Positions 28,263 to 37,349 of a stretch of 64,000 nt of DNA are shown piece by piece (within the stretch, counting starts at the first letter, position 1; every line of letters starts with the position of its first letter). Below the pieces are notes generated by a model. It searched no databases, was not told the origin of the DNA, and saw only the letters and a list, made by a program, of their open reading frames with translations. The stretch comes from an uncultured Candidatus Saccharibacteria bacterium. Its GTDB lineage: Bacteria > Patescibacteriota > Minisyncoccia > Phycocordibacterales > Zambryskibacteraceae. The translations under genes and the position numbers were made by a program. Location of the stretch: NCBI GenBank assembly GCA_964618905.1, contig CAZUDK010000001.1:92614-156613 (forward strand). Reading direction: 5' to 3'.

Positions 28263-29534
28263 TTAGTACTCTCTTACGCTGGCTTGAGCGTCGATTCTTT
28301 TGACAATGTCTATAACGACAGATACGACAATCAACAGAGCTGTACCTCCTATAGCTAGGGATTGAATGCCGGTTATAGACCTCAGCAAGAGAGGCAGTAC
28401 TGCAATAAAACCGAGGAACAGAGCACCAAAGAAAGTCAGACGGGTAACAATCTTTGATATGTACTCCATAGTAGATTGTCCGGGACGAACTCCGGGTATG
28501 AAAGCTCCGCTCTTTTGGAGATTGGATGACACGGATTCAGGATCAAAAGTAACTGCCGTATAGAAATATGTAAATAGGAAAACAAAGAAGAAATAGAGCA
28601 AAGCATATACCCATTGGTTAGCAAGAACAGCTAAGATACTGCTTGAGATGCTTGCCACTGAAGTTAGTGATGATTTGGCCAAGAACTCCAAGATCATCTG
28701 AGGAAACAGCAAGATAGAAAGAGCAAAGATGATCGGAATAACGCCGGCCTGATTAACTTTGATAGGCAGATAAGTCTGAAGACCGCCATAAGATCTTCCT
28801 CCTCTAACCTGTTTTGCATAAGTGATTGGCACCGGCCTTTCGGCTTCATTAATAACCACCACTCCATAAGTTACAAGAAGAGCTGCTACGAAGGCTGCTG
28901 CATAAACCGGCACGAGCTGAGGTTGGAAAGTGAAAACAAGCTGTGAAATAGAGGTAGGCAAAGCAGAGATTATGCCGGCGAAAATTATCAAAGATACACC
29001 ATTACCTACGCCGAATTCGGAAATCAGCTCTCCGACCCACATCAGCAATATTGAGCCGGCTACAATAACCAAGACATCTATGGCCATATCACTAAGAGAC
29101 ATTGGAGGAAGGACGTTTTGTCCTTGCAGGAGTACTATAAAGGCATATCCCTGAATAACAGCTAAAGGCACTGTCAGAAGTCTTGAATACTGGGCAAAAG
29201 TACGCCTACCAGCATCTCCTTCCTCCTGATATAAAGCTTTGAGCTTAGGAGACATGATGGTCAGAAGTTGCATCACAATAGAGGCCGTTATATAAGGGCC
29301 TACTCCAAGCATGACTATAGAAAGATTAGACAGTCCGCCACCGGAGAAAATATTAAGAAGAGAGAGGAACTGGCTGCCAGAGAAAAGGCTCTGAAGTCTT
29401 AAAGTGTCTATGCCTGGTACAGGAATAGCGGCAAGCACCCTTGTTATTACAAGGAGTCCAAGAGTTATAAGAATGCGATTGCGCAGTGCGGTATCGCTGA
29501 ATATAAGACGCAGCCTTTGGATAAAATTACTCAT
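28263..29534 (-). CDS. secY: preprotein translocase SecY
   Basis: LGVGPYITASI, GNGVSLIIF, AGVIPIIFA, IPGVRPG. Confidence 0.97.
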   Translation of the reverse strand: MSNFIQRLRLIFSDTALRNRILITLGLLVITRVLAAIPVPGIDTLRLQSLFSGSQFLSLLNIFSGGGLSNLSIVMLGVGPYITASIVMQLLTIMSPKLKALYQEEGDAGRRTFAQYSRLLTVPLAVIQGYAFIVLLQGQNVLPPMSLSDMAIDVLVIVAGSILLMWVGELISEFGVGNGVSLIIFAGIISALPTSISQLVFTFQPQLVPVYAAAFVAALLVTYGVVVINEAERPVPITYAKQVRGGRSYGGLQTYLPIKVNQAGVIPIIFALSILLFPQMILEFLAKSSLTSVASISSSILAVLANQWVYALLYFFFVFLFTYFYTAVTFDPESVSSNLQKSGAFIPGVRPGQSTMEYISKIVTRLTFFGALFLGFIAVLPLLLRSITGIQSLAIGGTALLIVVSVVIDIVKRIDAQASVREY

Positions 29535-29814
29535 CTGACTCTTTGGAGCCTCTATTAGCTTTCTTATCTGCTAAATGCTTTTTAAGCGCAGCTCCTGAAA
29601 GCTTTGTGCGCCTTGATTTAAGAGAGTTGATTCCCCTACCTCGAAGCTTAGGCACTTTCTTGATGAGGTCTCGAAGCTCAGGTCGTTTTTTGCGTCCAGC
29701 TCTGGCGTTCTGACCTTTGGTTCCTCGGCCAGCAGTTTTGCCTCGCTTTCCCCCTCGTCCTACTTGCCTGGACTTGGTTCTTGATGTATTCGGTTTGAGA
29801 GTATGGAATTGCAT
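29527..29814 (-). CDS. rplO: 50S ribosomal protein L15 (short)
   Basis: VGRGGKRGKTAGRGTKGQNAR, PKLRG; only 95 aa. Confidence 0.9.
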   Translation of the reverse strand: MQFHTLKPNTSRTKSRQVGRGGKRGKTAGRGTKGQNARAGRKKRPELRDLIKKVPKLRGRGINSLKSRRTKLSGAALKKHLADKKANRGSKESDE

Positions 29815-29838
29815 GTTATTTATAATGAAATTGTCTGA

Positions 29839-30423
29839 TTATTTCTCTTTTATTTCAAGACCATCAAGCTTTTTAAGTGCCTTTATAGCGGCATAAGCGT
29901 TATTGACGCTGTTCTTACTCCTGGATAAAAGCTTTGCTCCTACTCCATGCATGCCAGCGAGTTCAAGCACTACTCTGACAGAGCTTCCGGCTAAAATACC
30001 CTTGCCTTTAGCAGGCATGATCTTAACATCCGAAGAAGCAAACTTGGCTTCCACCTCATGAGGAATAGACATGTCTTTGGTCAGATTGACACTTATCATG
30101 TTTTTCTTGGCATCTCTGAAAGCCTTGTCTATTGCAAGCGGAGTATCCGAAGCTTTACCTTGACCGACACCAACCTTACCCTTCCTGTTACCAGCAACTA
30201 CCGCAACAGAGAAGCTGAATCGCCTTCCTCCTGCCACCACTCTGGTAACTCTGCGAAGGCTAATGATCTTTTGATCGAACTCAGGCTTAACACGCGTATC
30301 CCTTGAAGATCTTCTTCTATTCCTTGGTCCTCGAGATGAAGCAAAAGGCTTATTAGCCGTAGCTGTAGTCTCTGCCGACTTCTCATTTCCGTTTATTTTT
30401 TCTGCTGTTTTTGCTTCTTCCAT
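29839..30423 (-). CDS. rpsE: 30S ribosomal protein S5
   Basis: RVTRVVAGGRRFSF. Confidence 0.97.
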   Translation of the reverse strand: MEEAKTAEKINGNEKSAETTATANKPFASSRGPRNRRRSSRDTRVKPEFDQKIISLRRVTRVVAGGRRFSFSVAVVAGNRKGKVGVGQGKASDTPLAIDKAFRDAKKNMISVNLTKDMSIPHEVEAKFASSDVKIMPAKGKGILAGSSVRVVLELAGMHGVGAKLLSRSKNSVNNAYAAIKALKKLDGLEIKEK

Positions 30424-30431
30424 AACTTATA

Positions 30432-30755
30432 TTAAAACTTTAATCCAGCCTCCCTGGCACTATCAGCCAGAGCTTTGACCCTACCTGTATAAACATAACC
30501 ACCTCTGTCGAACACTGCTTTGTCTATTTTCTTGGCAAGGGCAGCTTTTGCAAGACTCTCTCCAAGCTTCTTTGGATCCTTATCTTTAGCAGATGCAATA
30601 GTTGTTCCGGTATTGTCATCTATAAGCTGAGCGAACATACCTTTGTTCGACTTGAAAACAGACAATCTAGGCACATCATGAGTACCAGATATTTTAGCGC
30701 GTATTTTAGCGCGTCTTCTGTCTCTCTTTATACTTTTGTTATTAGCAGTATTCAT
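30432..30755 (-). CDS. rplR: 50S ribosomal protein L18
   Basis: [24 protein letters not shown]. Confidence 0.96.
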   Translation of the reverse strand: MNTANNKSIKRDRRRAKIRAKISGTHDVPRLSVFKSNKGMFAQLIDDNTGTTIASAKDKDPKKLGESLAKAALAKKIDKAVFDRGGYVYTGRVKALADSAREAGLKF

Positions 30756-30762
30756 ATTTCAC

Positions 30763-31314
30763 TTATATTGATTTCTTACCCTGCTTGCGCCTTATTATTT
30801 CATCATCATAGCGGATACCTTTGCCTTTGTAAGGTTCCGGCTTTTTCATGGACCTGACTTTTGCAGCAAAGCTGCCTACACCCTCCTTGTTTATACCAGA
30901 AACAGTTATTACGTTTTTCTCTGCTTTGACACTGAGACCCTCAGGAATTTTAACTATGACCGGATGAGAGAAGCCAAGCGACATCACCAACTCTTCTCCA
31001 TTTCCTGAAGAAGCAGGCTTAACTTCTGACTTAAAACCAATTCCTTCAACAATAAGCTTTTTCTCAAAAGGCTTGTTGACGCCGGCAATCATATTGGAAA
31101 TATGGGATGCGAATGTTCCCCACAAAGCTCTCGCTTCAATACTGTCTTTCTTAGGATGAACAGTAACATCTCTATCCTCTATCTTTACTTCTACCAGAGG
31201 ATGAAGCTTTCTTGTGATCTCTCCCTCAGGACCTTTGATGGATACGGAACCGTCCGAGACTTTTATCTCGGTCTTCTCCGGAAGAGTCATAATTTGTTTT
31301 CCTATTCTTGACAT
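30763..31314 (-). CDS. rplF: 50S ribosomal protein L6
   Basis: MSRIGK, LGFSHP, PEPYKGKGIRY. Confidence 0.97.
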   Translation of the reverse strand: MSRIGKQIMTLPEKTEIKVSDGSVSIKGPEGEITRKLHPLVEVKIEDRDVTVHPKKDSIEARALWGTFASHISNMIAGVNKPFEKKLIVEGIGFKSEVKPASSGNGEELVMSLGFSHPVIVKIPEGLSVKAEKNVITVSGINKEGVGSFAAKVRSMKKPEPYKGKGIRYDDEIIRRKQGKKSI

Positions 31315-31344
31315 GAAAGTTTTTAAATCTGAAGACTGGAATAT

Positions 31345-31731
31345 TTACCAAATAGATAAGAGAGCTTCGCCTCCGACTCCAGCTTTCTTTGCATCCTTGC
31401 CGGACATAACACCCTTAGGGGTGGTCATAACAATTGTGCCGTAACCACCTTTTATCTGTCTGATCTCTCCAGCTTTTTTGTATACCCTCTTGGATAGCTT
31501 TGATATTCTCTTGGCTTCGCGGATCTTAGGTTTGTGATTATTTATGATTACTCCAATTACAAGCGTCTTCTTGCCCTTTAGAGTCTTAACTTCAACCTCT
31601 CCTATGAATCCCTCAGCTTTTAGAACTTTAGCAATATCTTCCTTTATCTTTGAATAAGGAATAGAAACGCTCGAAAGTCCGGCGTTGCCGGCATTTTTCA
31701 AAGCTGTCAGCATGTCTGCGATAGGATCCAT
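31345..31731 (-). CDS. rpsH: 30S ribosomal protein S8
   Basis: MDPIADMLT, TPKGVM, GGE; start moved to ATG at 31731. Confidence 0.96.
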   Translation of the reverse strand: MDPIADMLTALKNAGNAGLSSVSIPYSKIKEDIAKVLKAEGFIGEVEVKTLKGKKTLVIGVIINNHKPKIREAKRISKLSKRVYKKAGEIRQIKGGYGTIVMTTPKGVMSGKDAKKAGVGGEALLSIW

Positions 31732-31736
31732 AATTC

Positions 31737-31922
31737 TTACCAAGAAGATTTCTTAACACCTGGAATCTTGCCCTCATTAGCAAGTTCTCGGAAACAAATA
31801 CGGCAAAGATCGAAATCTCTCATATATCCGCGCTTGCGTCCGCATTTGAAGCATCGGTTAACAGCCCTTGTAGGAAACTTGGGCTTCTTCTTCGAACGTG
31901 CTATTACAGATATTTTTGCCAT
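31737..31922 (-). CDS. rpsN: 30S ribosomal protein S14 (zinc-binding type)
   Basis: [15 protein letters not shown]. Confidence 0.96.
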   Translation of the reverse strand: MAKISVIARSKKKPKFPTRAVNRCFKCGRKRGYMRDFDLCRICFRELANEGKIPGVKKSSW

Positions 31923-32110
31923 AAACCCTAATAAATTTTCTTTTAGTTAATCTAACTTGTACTTACTCTCGTATACCCTCCTTACTATAAATCCGCTTAG
32001 ATTTAAGGCGAGGAAAAAATTTACGAGGGTAAATTAAATAAGAGGCCTTTAAAGCCGTGCGGACAGCTTAACATAAGGGTTTTCCATATTCAAGAGCTAT
32101 ACTACTAGCC

Positions 32111-32317
32111 TTAATCAGTGAGATTCTCTTCGAGCCTCCTTACCCTTTCCTCGAGGGTATGAAGCTTGTCGTCGTCCTCCTTATGATGGCGAAACCACCT
32201 CTTAAGCTGGGGCCAGATGAGTGCTCCGACAAGGATGTCGAAGATAAGGATGATGAATAGCTCGAATTGCCAATGAGCCAGGTCAGTGACAAGAGTCCAA
32301 AAGGTCTCGTGCTCCAT
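32111..32317 (-). CDS. small hypothetical membrane protein inserted in the spc operon
   Basis: One TM plus a short coiled coil; between rplE and rpsN. Confidence 0.65.
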   Translation of the reverse strand: MEHETFWTLVTDLAHWQFELFIILIFDILVGALIWPQLKRWFRHHKEDDDKLHTLEERVRRLEENLTD

Positions 32318-32331
32318 TGTGCTATTTTACC

Positions 32332-32865
32332 CTATTTCTTGAACGGGAAACCGAGGTGGTTTAGGAGAGCAAGCAGTTCTTTCTTGGTCTTGGCGGTCGT
32401 TACAATTGTTATTGCCATTCCGAAGACATCCTTGAGCTCCTCGTCTGAAGTTTCAGGAAAGATAGTGTGCTCTTTGATGCCTAGAGTATAATTTCCCATT
32501 TCATCCGCAGCATCAGGAGAAATACCTCTGAAGTCCTTAGTTCTAGGAAGTGCGATGTTTATGAGTCTGTCCAGAAAATCATACATTCTCTTCCCTCTCA
32601 AAGTAACTTGGTAACCGACAATATCTCCCTGGCGGGTTTTAAAGTTGGCTACAGACTTCTTAGCTGGTCGGCCGGAAGGTTTTTGACCCGTAATCTTAGA
32701 CATGCGGTCTTCTACGATGCTGAGCTTATTCTTATCCTTGAAAGAACCTGTACCAGAAGAAACTACAACCTTCAATATCTTCGGAGCTTGCATCCTGTTC
32801 TTGTATCCTTGCTCTTCCTTCAAAGCATCGAATGACTTGTTTGATTTTTCTTTTAAAGTTTCCAT
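32332..32865 (-). CDS. rplE: 50S ribosomal protein L5
   Basis: ITGQKP, VTLRGKRMYDF, LPR.KDFRG. Confidence 0.97.
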   Translation of the reverse strand: METLKEKSNKSFDALKEEQGYKNRMQAPKILKVVVSSGTGSFKDKNKLSIVEDRMSKITGQKPSGRPAKKSVANFKTRQGDIVGYQVTLRGKRMYDFLDRLINIALPRTKDFRGISPDAADEMGNYTLGIKEHTIFPETSDEELKDVFGMAITIVTTAKTKKELLALLNHLGFPFKK

Positions 32866-32884
32866 AACATTTTCAACTTAGAAT

Positions 32885-33163
32885 CTATGACTTACTACCA
32901 GCAACTTTCTTTGAATTTTTCTTTTTGTCTGTTGTCGGTTGCTTGCTGTCGGCTAATTTAACGTTTGATACGTGAATTGGGAAGAATTTCTCCACCACCT
33001 GTCCTTGCCCTTCGCTTCTTGTAGCTTTCTGGTGAACCTTCTTGGCATTTACACCTTCCACAAGGACTTTATCCATGCGCGGAAAAGCCTTCAGAATCTT
33101 TCCTTTCTTGCCTTTGTCTTTGCCTGCAAGCACTATTACGTTGTCTCCTTTCTTTACATGCAT
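32885..33163 (-). CDS. rplX: 50S ribosomal protein L24
   Basis: KKGDNV.V.AGKDKGKKG, PIHVSNV. Confidence 0.95.
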   Translation of the reverse strand: MHVKKGDNVIVLAGKDKGKKGKILKAFPRMDKVLVEGVNAKKVHQKATRSEGQGQVVEKFFPIHVSNVKLADSKQPTTDKKKNSKKVAGSKS

Positions 33164-33177
33164 AAATATAAATTTAC

Positions 33178-33549
33178 TTATACCACCTCAGGGGCTAGAG
33201 AAATTATCTTCTGAAAACCCTTTTCGCCTATTTCGCGAGGTATAGGGCCGAAAACTCTACCAGCTATAGGCTCCTTCTTGGCATTGTCCAAAATTACCAC
33301 CGCATTCTGGTCAAACCTGACATAAGAACCATCCTTTCTGCGGAATGGAGCGCGCTGGCGAACTATCACACCGAAGAGGACATCCTTTTTCTTGACGCTT
33401 TTTCTTGGTTCCGCTTTTTGAACAGAGAGTACTACGAGGTCCCCTATCCTTGCATAGCGCTTCTTAGAGCTTCCAAGTACTTTGAAAACCCTACCCAGCT
33501 TTGCTCCGGAATTGTCTGCGATATCTACGATGGTTTGTGGCTGAATCAT
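33178..33549 (-). CDS. rplN: 50S ribosomal protein L14
   Basis: MIQPQT..ADNSGAK, IISLAPEV. Confidence 0.97.
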   Translation of the reverse strand: MIQPQTIVDIADNSGAKLGRVFKVLGSSKKRYARIGDLVVLSVQKAEPRKSVKKKDVLFGVIVRQRAPFRRKDGSYVRFDQNAVVILDNAKKEPIAGRVFGPIPREIGEKGFQKIISLAPEVV

Positions 33550-33559
33550 ACTAAGATGC

Positions 33560-33817
33560 TTAAACTACCATAAAATGCTTATCTTTTGAAATAGGCTTGG
33601 TTTCAGTGATCGTTACCTTGTCTCCAATTTTCTTGGTATTACCTGCATCATGCGCCTTAAATTTCTTTTGGATGCGAATATATTTCTTGTATTTCGGATG
33701 CTTTTCGTAGCGCTCAACAAGAACAACCACAGTATCCTTCATCTTGTCGGACACTACAGTACCGGACAAAGTTTTGCCCGCTGATCGCTCTTTAGTTGTT
33801 TTATTTTCCTTTTCCAT
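33560..33817 (-). CDS. rpsQ: 30S ribosomal protein S17
   Basis: VVSDKMKDT, HPKYKK, PISKDK. Confidence 0.96.
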   Translation of the reverse strand: MEKENKTTKERSAGKTLSGTVVSDKMKDTVVVLVERYEKHPKYKKYIRIQKKFKAHDAGNTKKIGDKVTITETKPISKDKHFMVV

Positions 33818-34026
33818 TATTTTTCAGTTAAATTTTCTTTCTTTTGCATAGATACCAGTTCGGTCATAATGCGGGCAACATCTTTCTTAAGATTGTGGCC
33901 ATGCTTTGTGTTGGTAGTCTTAGAGCCGGTTATGCCAAAGCGAAATTTTCTAAGATCCTCTCGCTTTTCCAAGAGAGTCTTGATCAATTCATCCTTATTC
34001 TTATCTTTATAATTTGTCTTTTTCAT
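33817..34026 (-). CDS. rpmC: 50S ribosomal protein L29
   Basis: L.K.RF, KKDVARIMT; operon position. Confidence 0.92.
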   Translation of the reverse strand: MKKTNYKDKNKDELIKTLLEKREDLRKFRFGITGSKTTNTKHGHNLKKDVARIMTELVSMQKKENLTEK

Positions 34027-34049
34027 GATTCTGCTTAGTGTCTGCTCTT

Positions 34050-34466
34050 TTATCTTGCAACCACCTTGGTCTTAACCGGCAATTTAGTGCCCGCCTTGCG
34101 CAAAGCCTCCTTGGCTACAGCTTCACTGACACCATCGACCTCGAAGAGGATCCTGCCGGCTCTTACAGGAGCCACATAACCTTCAAGATCTCCCTTACCC
34201 TTTCCAAGCTTAACTTCGGCAGGCTTCTTGGTATAAGGCATGTCAGGGAAAATACGTATCCAATATCTGCCGGTCTTGCCTACAGCGCGAGTCAGAGCTT
34301 TTCTTGCAGCTTCTATCTGATTAGATCTAATTCTGGCAGCTTCCATAGACTTAAGTCCATAAGAACCAAAAGCCACAGTAACCCCTCTGGTAGCAGGACC
34401 TACTTTGGAAGGATTCTTCCTCATTGTCTGCCACTTGCGATGTTTTACTTTCTTTGGAAACAGCAT
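34050..34466 (-). CDS. rplP: 50S ribosomal protein L16
   Basis: QIEAARK, WIRIFPD, GKGKG, KLPVK. Confidence 0.97.
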   Translation of the reverse strand: MLFPKKVKHRKWQTMRKNPSKVGPATRGVTVAFGSYGLKSMEAARIRSNQIEAARKALTRAVGKTGRYWIRIFPDMPYTKKPAEVKLGKGKGDLEGYVAPVRAGRILFEVDGVSEAVAKEALRKAGTKLPVKTKVVAR

Positions 34467-34491
34467 TTTATTAAAAGTTATTTAGATTTGT

Positions 34492-35166
34492 TTAAAATTT
34501 GCCTGCAGGCTGATCGAAAACATCTCCCTTATAAATCCACACCTTTACTCCAATGGTGCCGTAAGGCATCACAGCTTTAGTTGAAGAATAATCAACGTTT
34601 GCTCTTAGAGTTTGAAGAGGAATTCTGCCGAGTTTTCTATCTTCTGTGCGGCTCATGGTAGCTCCGCCCAGGCGGCCTCCAAGCATGATACGCACGCCTT
34701 CGACATCTCTATTAGCCATTACTTTTTCTATCATCTGCTTGACGACCCTTCTGAAAGGCAGGCGCTTTTCCAAACCCTCAACAACCATCTGACCCACAAT
34801 AGCTGCATTTGATTCCGGAGACTTTATTTCTTTTATATCAAGCTTTACATCTACTGCAGGGTCTAAGAGTTTGTGCTTGGCAAGAAGCTTCTTTATGTCA
34901 GCTCTCAGAACCTCAGCTCCGCCTCCTTGTCTGCCGATGATCATACCCGGCCTTGATGTTGAGATTATTATGCGAAGAGCCTTCTGACTTCTTTCTATCT
35001 CAATATCAGCAACATAAAAACCTTTGAGCTTCTTCTCAAGAAAGTCACGAATAAGCACATCTCCCCTAAGGAATTCTTTGTACTTTTCTTTAGGTGAAAA
35101 CCAGCGAGACTTCCAGTCCCTCAGAATTCCTAACCTATGTGAGTATGGATGTACTGTATGAGTCAT
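34492..35166 (-). CDS. rpsC: 30S ribosomal protein S3
   Basis: RPGMIIGR, GRIPLQTLRA, GVKVWIY. Confidence 0.97.
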   Translation of the reverse strand: MTHTVHPYSHRLGILRDWKSRWFSPKEKYKEFLRGDVLIRDFLEKKLKGFYVADIEIERSQKALRIIISTSRPGMIIGRQGGGAEVLRADIKKLLAKHKLLDPAVDVKLDIKEIKSPESNAAIVGQMVVEGLEKRLPFRRVVKQMIEKVMANRDVEGVRIMLGGRLGGATMSRTEDRKLGRIPLQTLRANVDYSSTKAVMPYGTIGVKVWIYKGDVFDQPAGKF

Positions 35167-35171
35167 AATGA

Positions 35172-35585
35172 TTATTTAACAGTTTGAGCTTCTTGGTTAT
35201 TATTTTCTTCTGTCTTTACAGTCTTTTTGCTTCTGCTTTTAGCAGGCTTCGGAGCTGCTTCTTCCAGAGTAACACTAATATGGCTTGTTCTTTTCCTTAT
35301 AGGATGAGCCATACCGTGTGAGCGAGGCTGACGCCTGTAAAGAGTTCTGCCTTCGTCTACTTTGATTTCTTTAATCACTAAGCTGTCTGCCGGCATGGAC
35401 ATGTTTTTAGCATTAGCCACTGCGGAAGAAATGAGCTTGCGTATCGGACCTGCTGCTCTTTTGGTTGTGAAAGCGAGCATAGACAATGCATCATTAACTG
35501 ACTTACCTCTTACCAGGTCAGCAACAAGGCGAACCTTTCTAGGAGATTGCCTGTAAGTATTGAGCTGTGCCTTTGCTTCTGCCAT
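35172..35585 (-). CDS. rplV: 50S ribosomal protein L22
   Basis: SPRKVRLVADLVRG, SAVANA, KRTSHI. Confidence 0.97.
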   Translation of the reverse strand: MAEAKAQLNTYRQSPRKVRLVADLVRGKSVNDALSMLAFTTKRAAGPIRKLISSAVANAKNMSMPADSLVIKEIKVDEGRTLYRRQPRSHGMAHPIRKRTSHISVTLEEAAPKPAKSRSKKTVKTEENNNQEAQTVK

Positions 35586-35607
35586 GTTACTTGATTTCTA
35601 TACCAGA

Positions 35608-35949
35608 CTATTTCTTAGAATCTGTTGATGCTTTAGCAGCTCTAGCAGCTGAAATCTCAGCTTCTTTCTTCTTCTGCTCAAGCTCTTTCTGCATCTTACC
35701 ACCGTGCTTTATGAATTTGCGGGTGGGAGAAAACTCGCCCAAACGGTGGCCAACCATATCTTCAGTAACAAAAACTTCTATATGATCCTTGCCATTGTGA
35801 ACACCAAAAGTAAATCCAAGCATTTCTGGAGAAATTTGGCATGCCCTCGACCATGTCTTAATAACTCCGGCTGTCTGCGGAGTTTTACTCTCGATTTTCT
35901 TTAAAATTCGAGGATCGACATATGGACCTTTTCTTGATGAACGAGTCAT
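35608..35949 (-). CDS. rpsS: 30S ribosomal protein S19
   Basis: KGPYVD, KTWSR, VHNGK, GEFSPTR; C-terminal extension. Confidence 0.97.
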   Translation of the reverse strand: MTRSSRKGPYVDPRILKKIESKTPQTAGVIKTWSRACQISPEMLGFTFGVHNGKDHIEVFVTEDMVGHRLGEFSPTRKFIKHGGKMQKELEQKKKEAEISAARAAKASTDSKK

Positions 35950-36084
35950 TAATATGCGTATTTAGAAAACAAAAAGCGTCAAGCGCTTGTGCGAGATATA
36001 GTATAGAAAATAAGGTTTTAAGTCAAATAGGACTTTGGTATAATTTTATGCAGGTATTAAATTTATTATTTTCATTTAAGCATT

Positions 36085-37053
36085 ATGATTCCACTAGCAA
36101 TAGCATTATTAGTAGCAGTAGGCGGCGGCGCCACAGTGGCAGTCTCAGACAGCGCACAGCCAGGAGACTTGCTCTTTCCCGTAGACCAGGCGGTAGAAAA
36201 AATACGCATATCTACAGCCATCGGGGAAGATAAAAAGGATGAACTGAGGGTAAAATTCGCCACAGAGCGCGTCAAAGAATTCGAAGATATTCTTGGAGAG
36301 GAAGCAGAAGAGAAAGACATAGAGGAAACTGAGGATACAGAAGAGTCTGAAGCGGAAAATGAAGCCGAAGAGCCTGCTGAAGACGAAAGTAATGTCCGCA
36401 TTGAGTCTTCCCTTGAAAATGCATTTGCGGCTCTCTCTGAAGTATCAGCCAAGCTTGAAGCCAAAGGCAACATAGAGGCCCAGCAAGCAGTTGAAGTTGC
36501 TATGGAAAGATTGCTCTCGAACGTAGACGATCTTCCGGCTCAAGTAAAAGCGCGCGTCGAAGTGGAAGACGAGGGCAATGAATCAGAAGTGAGGCTTAAG
36601 GCCAAATCAGCCGACGGCGGGAAAATTATAGAATTCAGGCATGAGATAGATGATGACGGCGATGAAAAGCTTGAACTCAGAGAAAATGGAGTACGCACCA
36701 GGATAGAGAATAAAGACGGAGAGATACGCATCCGTACGCAGGAAGATAACAGCGGATCCGGAAAAGCTGATGAGAATGAGATCAAGGATCAGGACGAAGA
36801 TGTGGAGGCAGACGAAGCGGAAATAGAGGATGAAGATAGGGATGACGAGCAAGGAGAAGTAAGCTTAATCGAAGTAGAGGCAGAAGCGGAAGATGGTGAA
36901 ACTGAAGTGAGAATAAAGCTTGAAGGCCAAGAAGACGATCAATATGTAAGCGAAGCAACTACGCGAGAAGCCGTGGCTTCCGAAGTGGCGCAACGCCTTA
37001 ACCTTCCTATAGAGGAGATAGACGCGGTGCTAGACTTTGAAGTCAAGAATTAA
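36085..37053 (+). CDS. secreted acidic protein (DUF5667-like N-terminus)
   Basis: Signal peptide, AQPGDLLFPVDQAVEKI..A.ER..E, Glu/Asp-rich. Confidence 0.75.
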   Translation: MIPLAIALLVAVGGGATVAVSDSAQPGDLLFPVDQAVEKIRISTAIGEDKKDELRVKFATERVKEFEDILGEEAEEKDIEETEDTEESEAENEAEEPAEDESNVRIESSLENAFAALSEVSAKLEAKGNIEAQQAVEVAMERLLSNVDDLPAQVKARVEVEDEGNESEVRLKAKSADGGKIIEFRHEIDDDGDEKLELRENGVRTRIENKDGEIRIRTQEDNSGSGKADENEIKDQDEDVEADEAEIEDEDRDDEQGEVSLIEVEAEAEDGETEVRIKLEGQEDDQYVSEATTREAVASEVAQRLNLPIEEIDAVLDFEVKN

Positions 37054-37074
37054 CACTTCTCTATAAGATTTCGC

Positions 37075-37119
37075 AGGATAAAGGGCCCAGCAGCTATTAA
37101 CTGCTGGGCCCTTTATCCT
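37075..37119. terminator. 19-bp stem hairpin / terminator
   Basis: aggataaagggcccagcag-ctattaa-ctgctgggccctttatcct. Confidence 0.7.
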
Positions 37120-37349
37120 CTGCTCGCGCCGCCTTTCGGCTCGCTCGCTCGCCTGCTCCTCCTGAGCAGTCATTTTGCCCTCCTGGGCTAGAAGTGAAAT
37201 AACTAGGTAGGCAAATGCCTATCCTCTTCATTTTTATAATATATTATTAATTTTGTCAAGCATTACTTTAGAAAATTCAGATGCGCAAAAGGCCCCAGTA
37301 GGGGCCTTCTGCAAAGAACAGCTAAGGTATTATCTAGCTGAAATACCTA

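Noticed and set aside
30996-31020. PASSGN segment in L6 as a palindromic insert
   Set aside because: It has only a 4-bp stem (cctg/cagg), too weak to call without an orthologue alignment.
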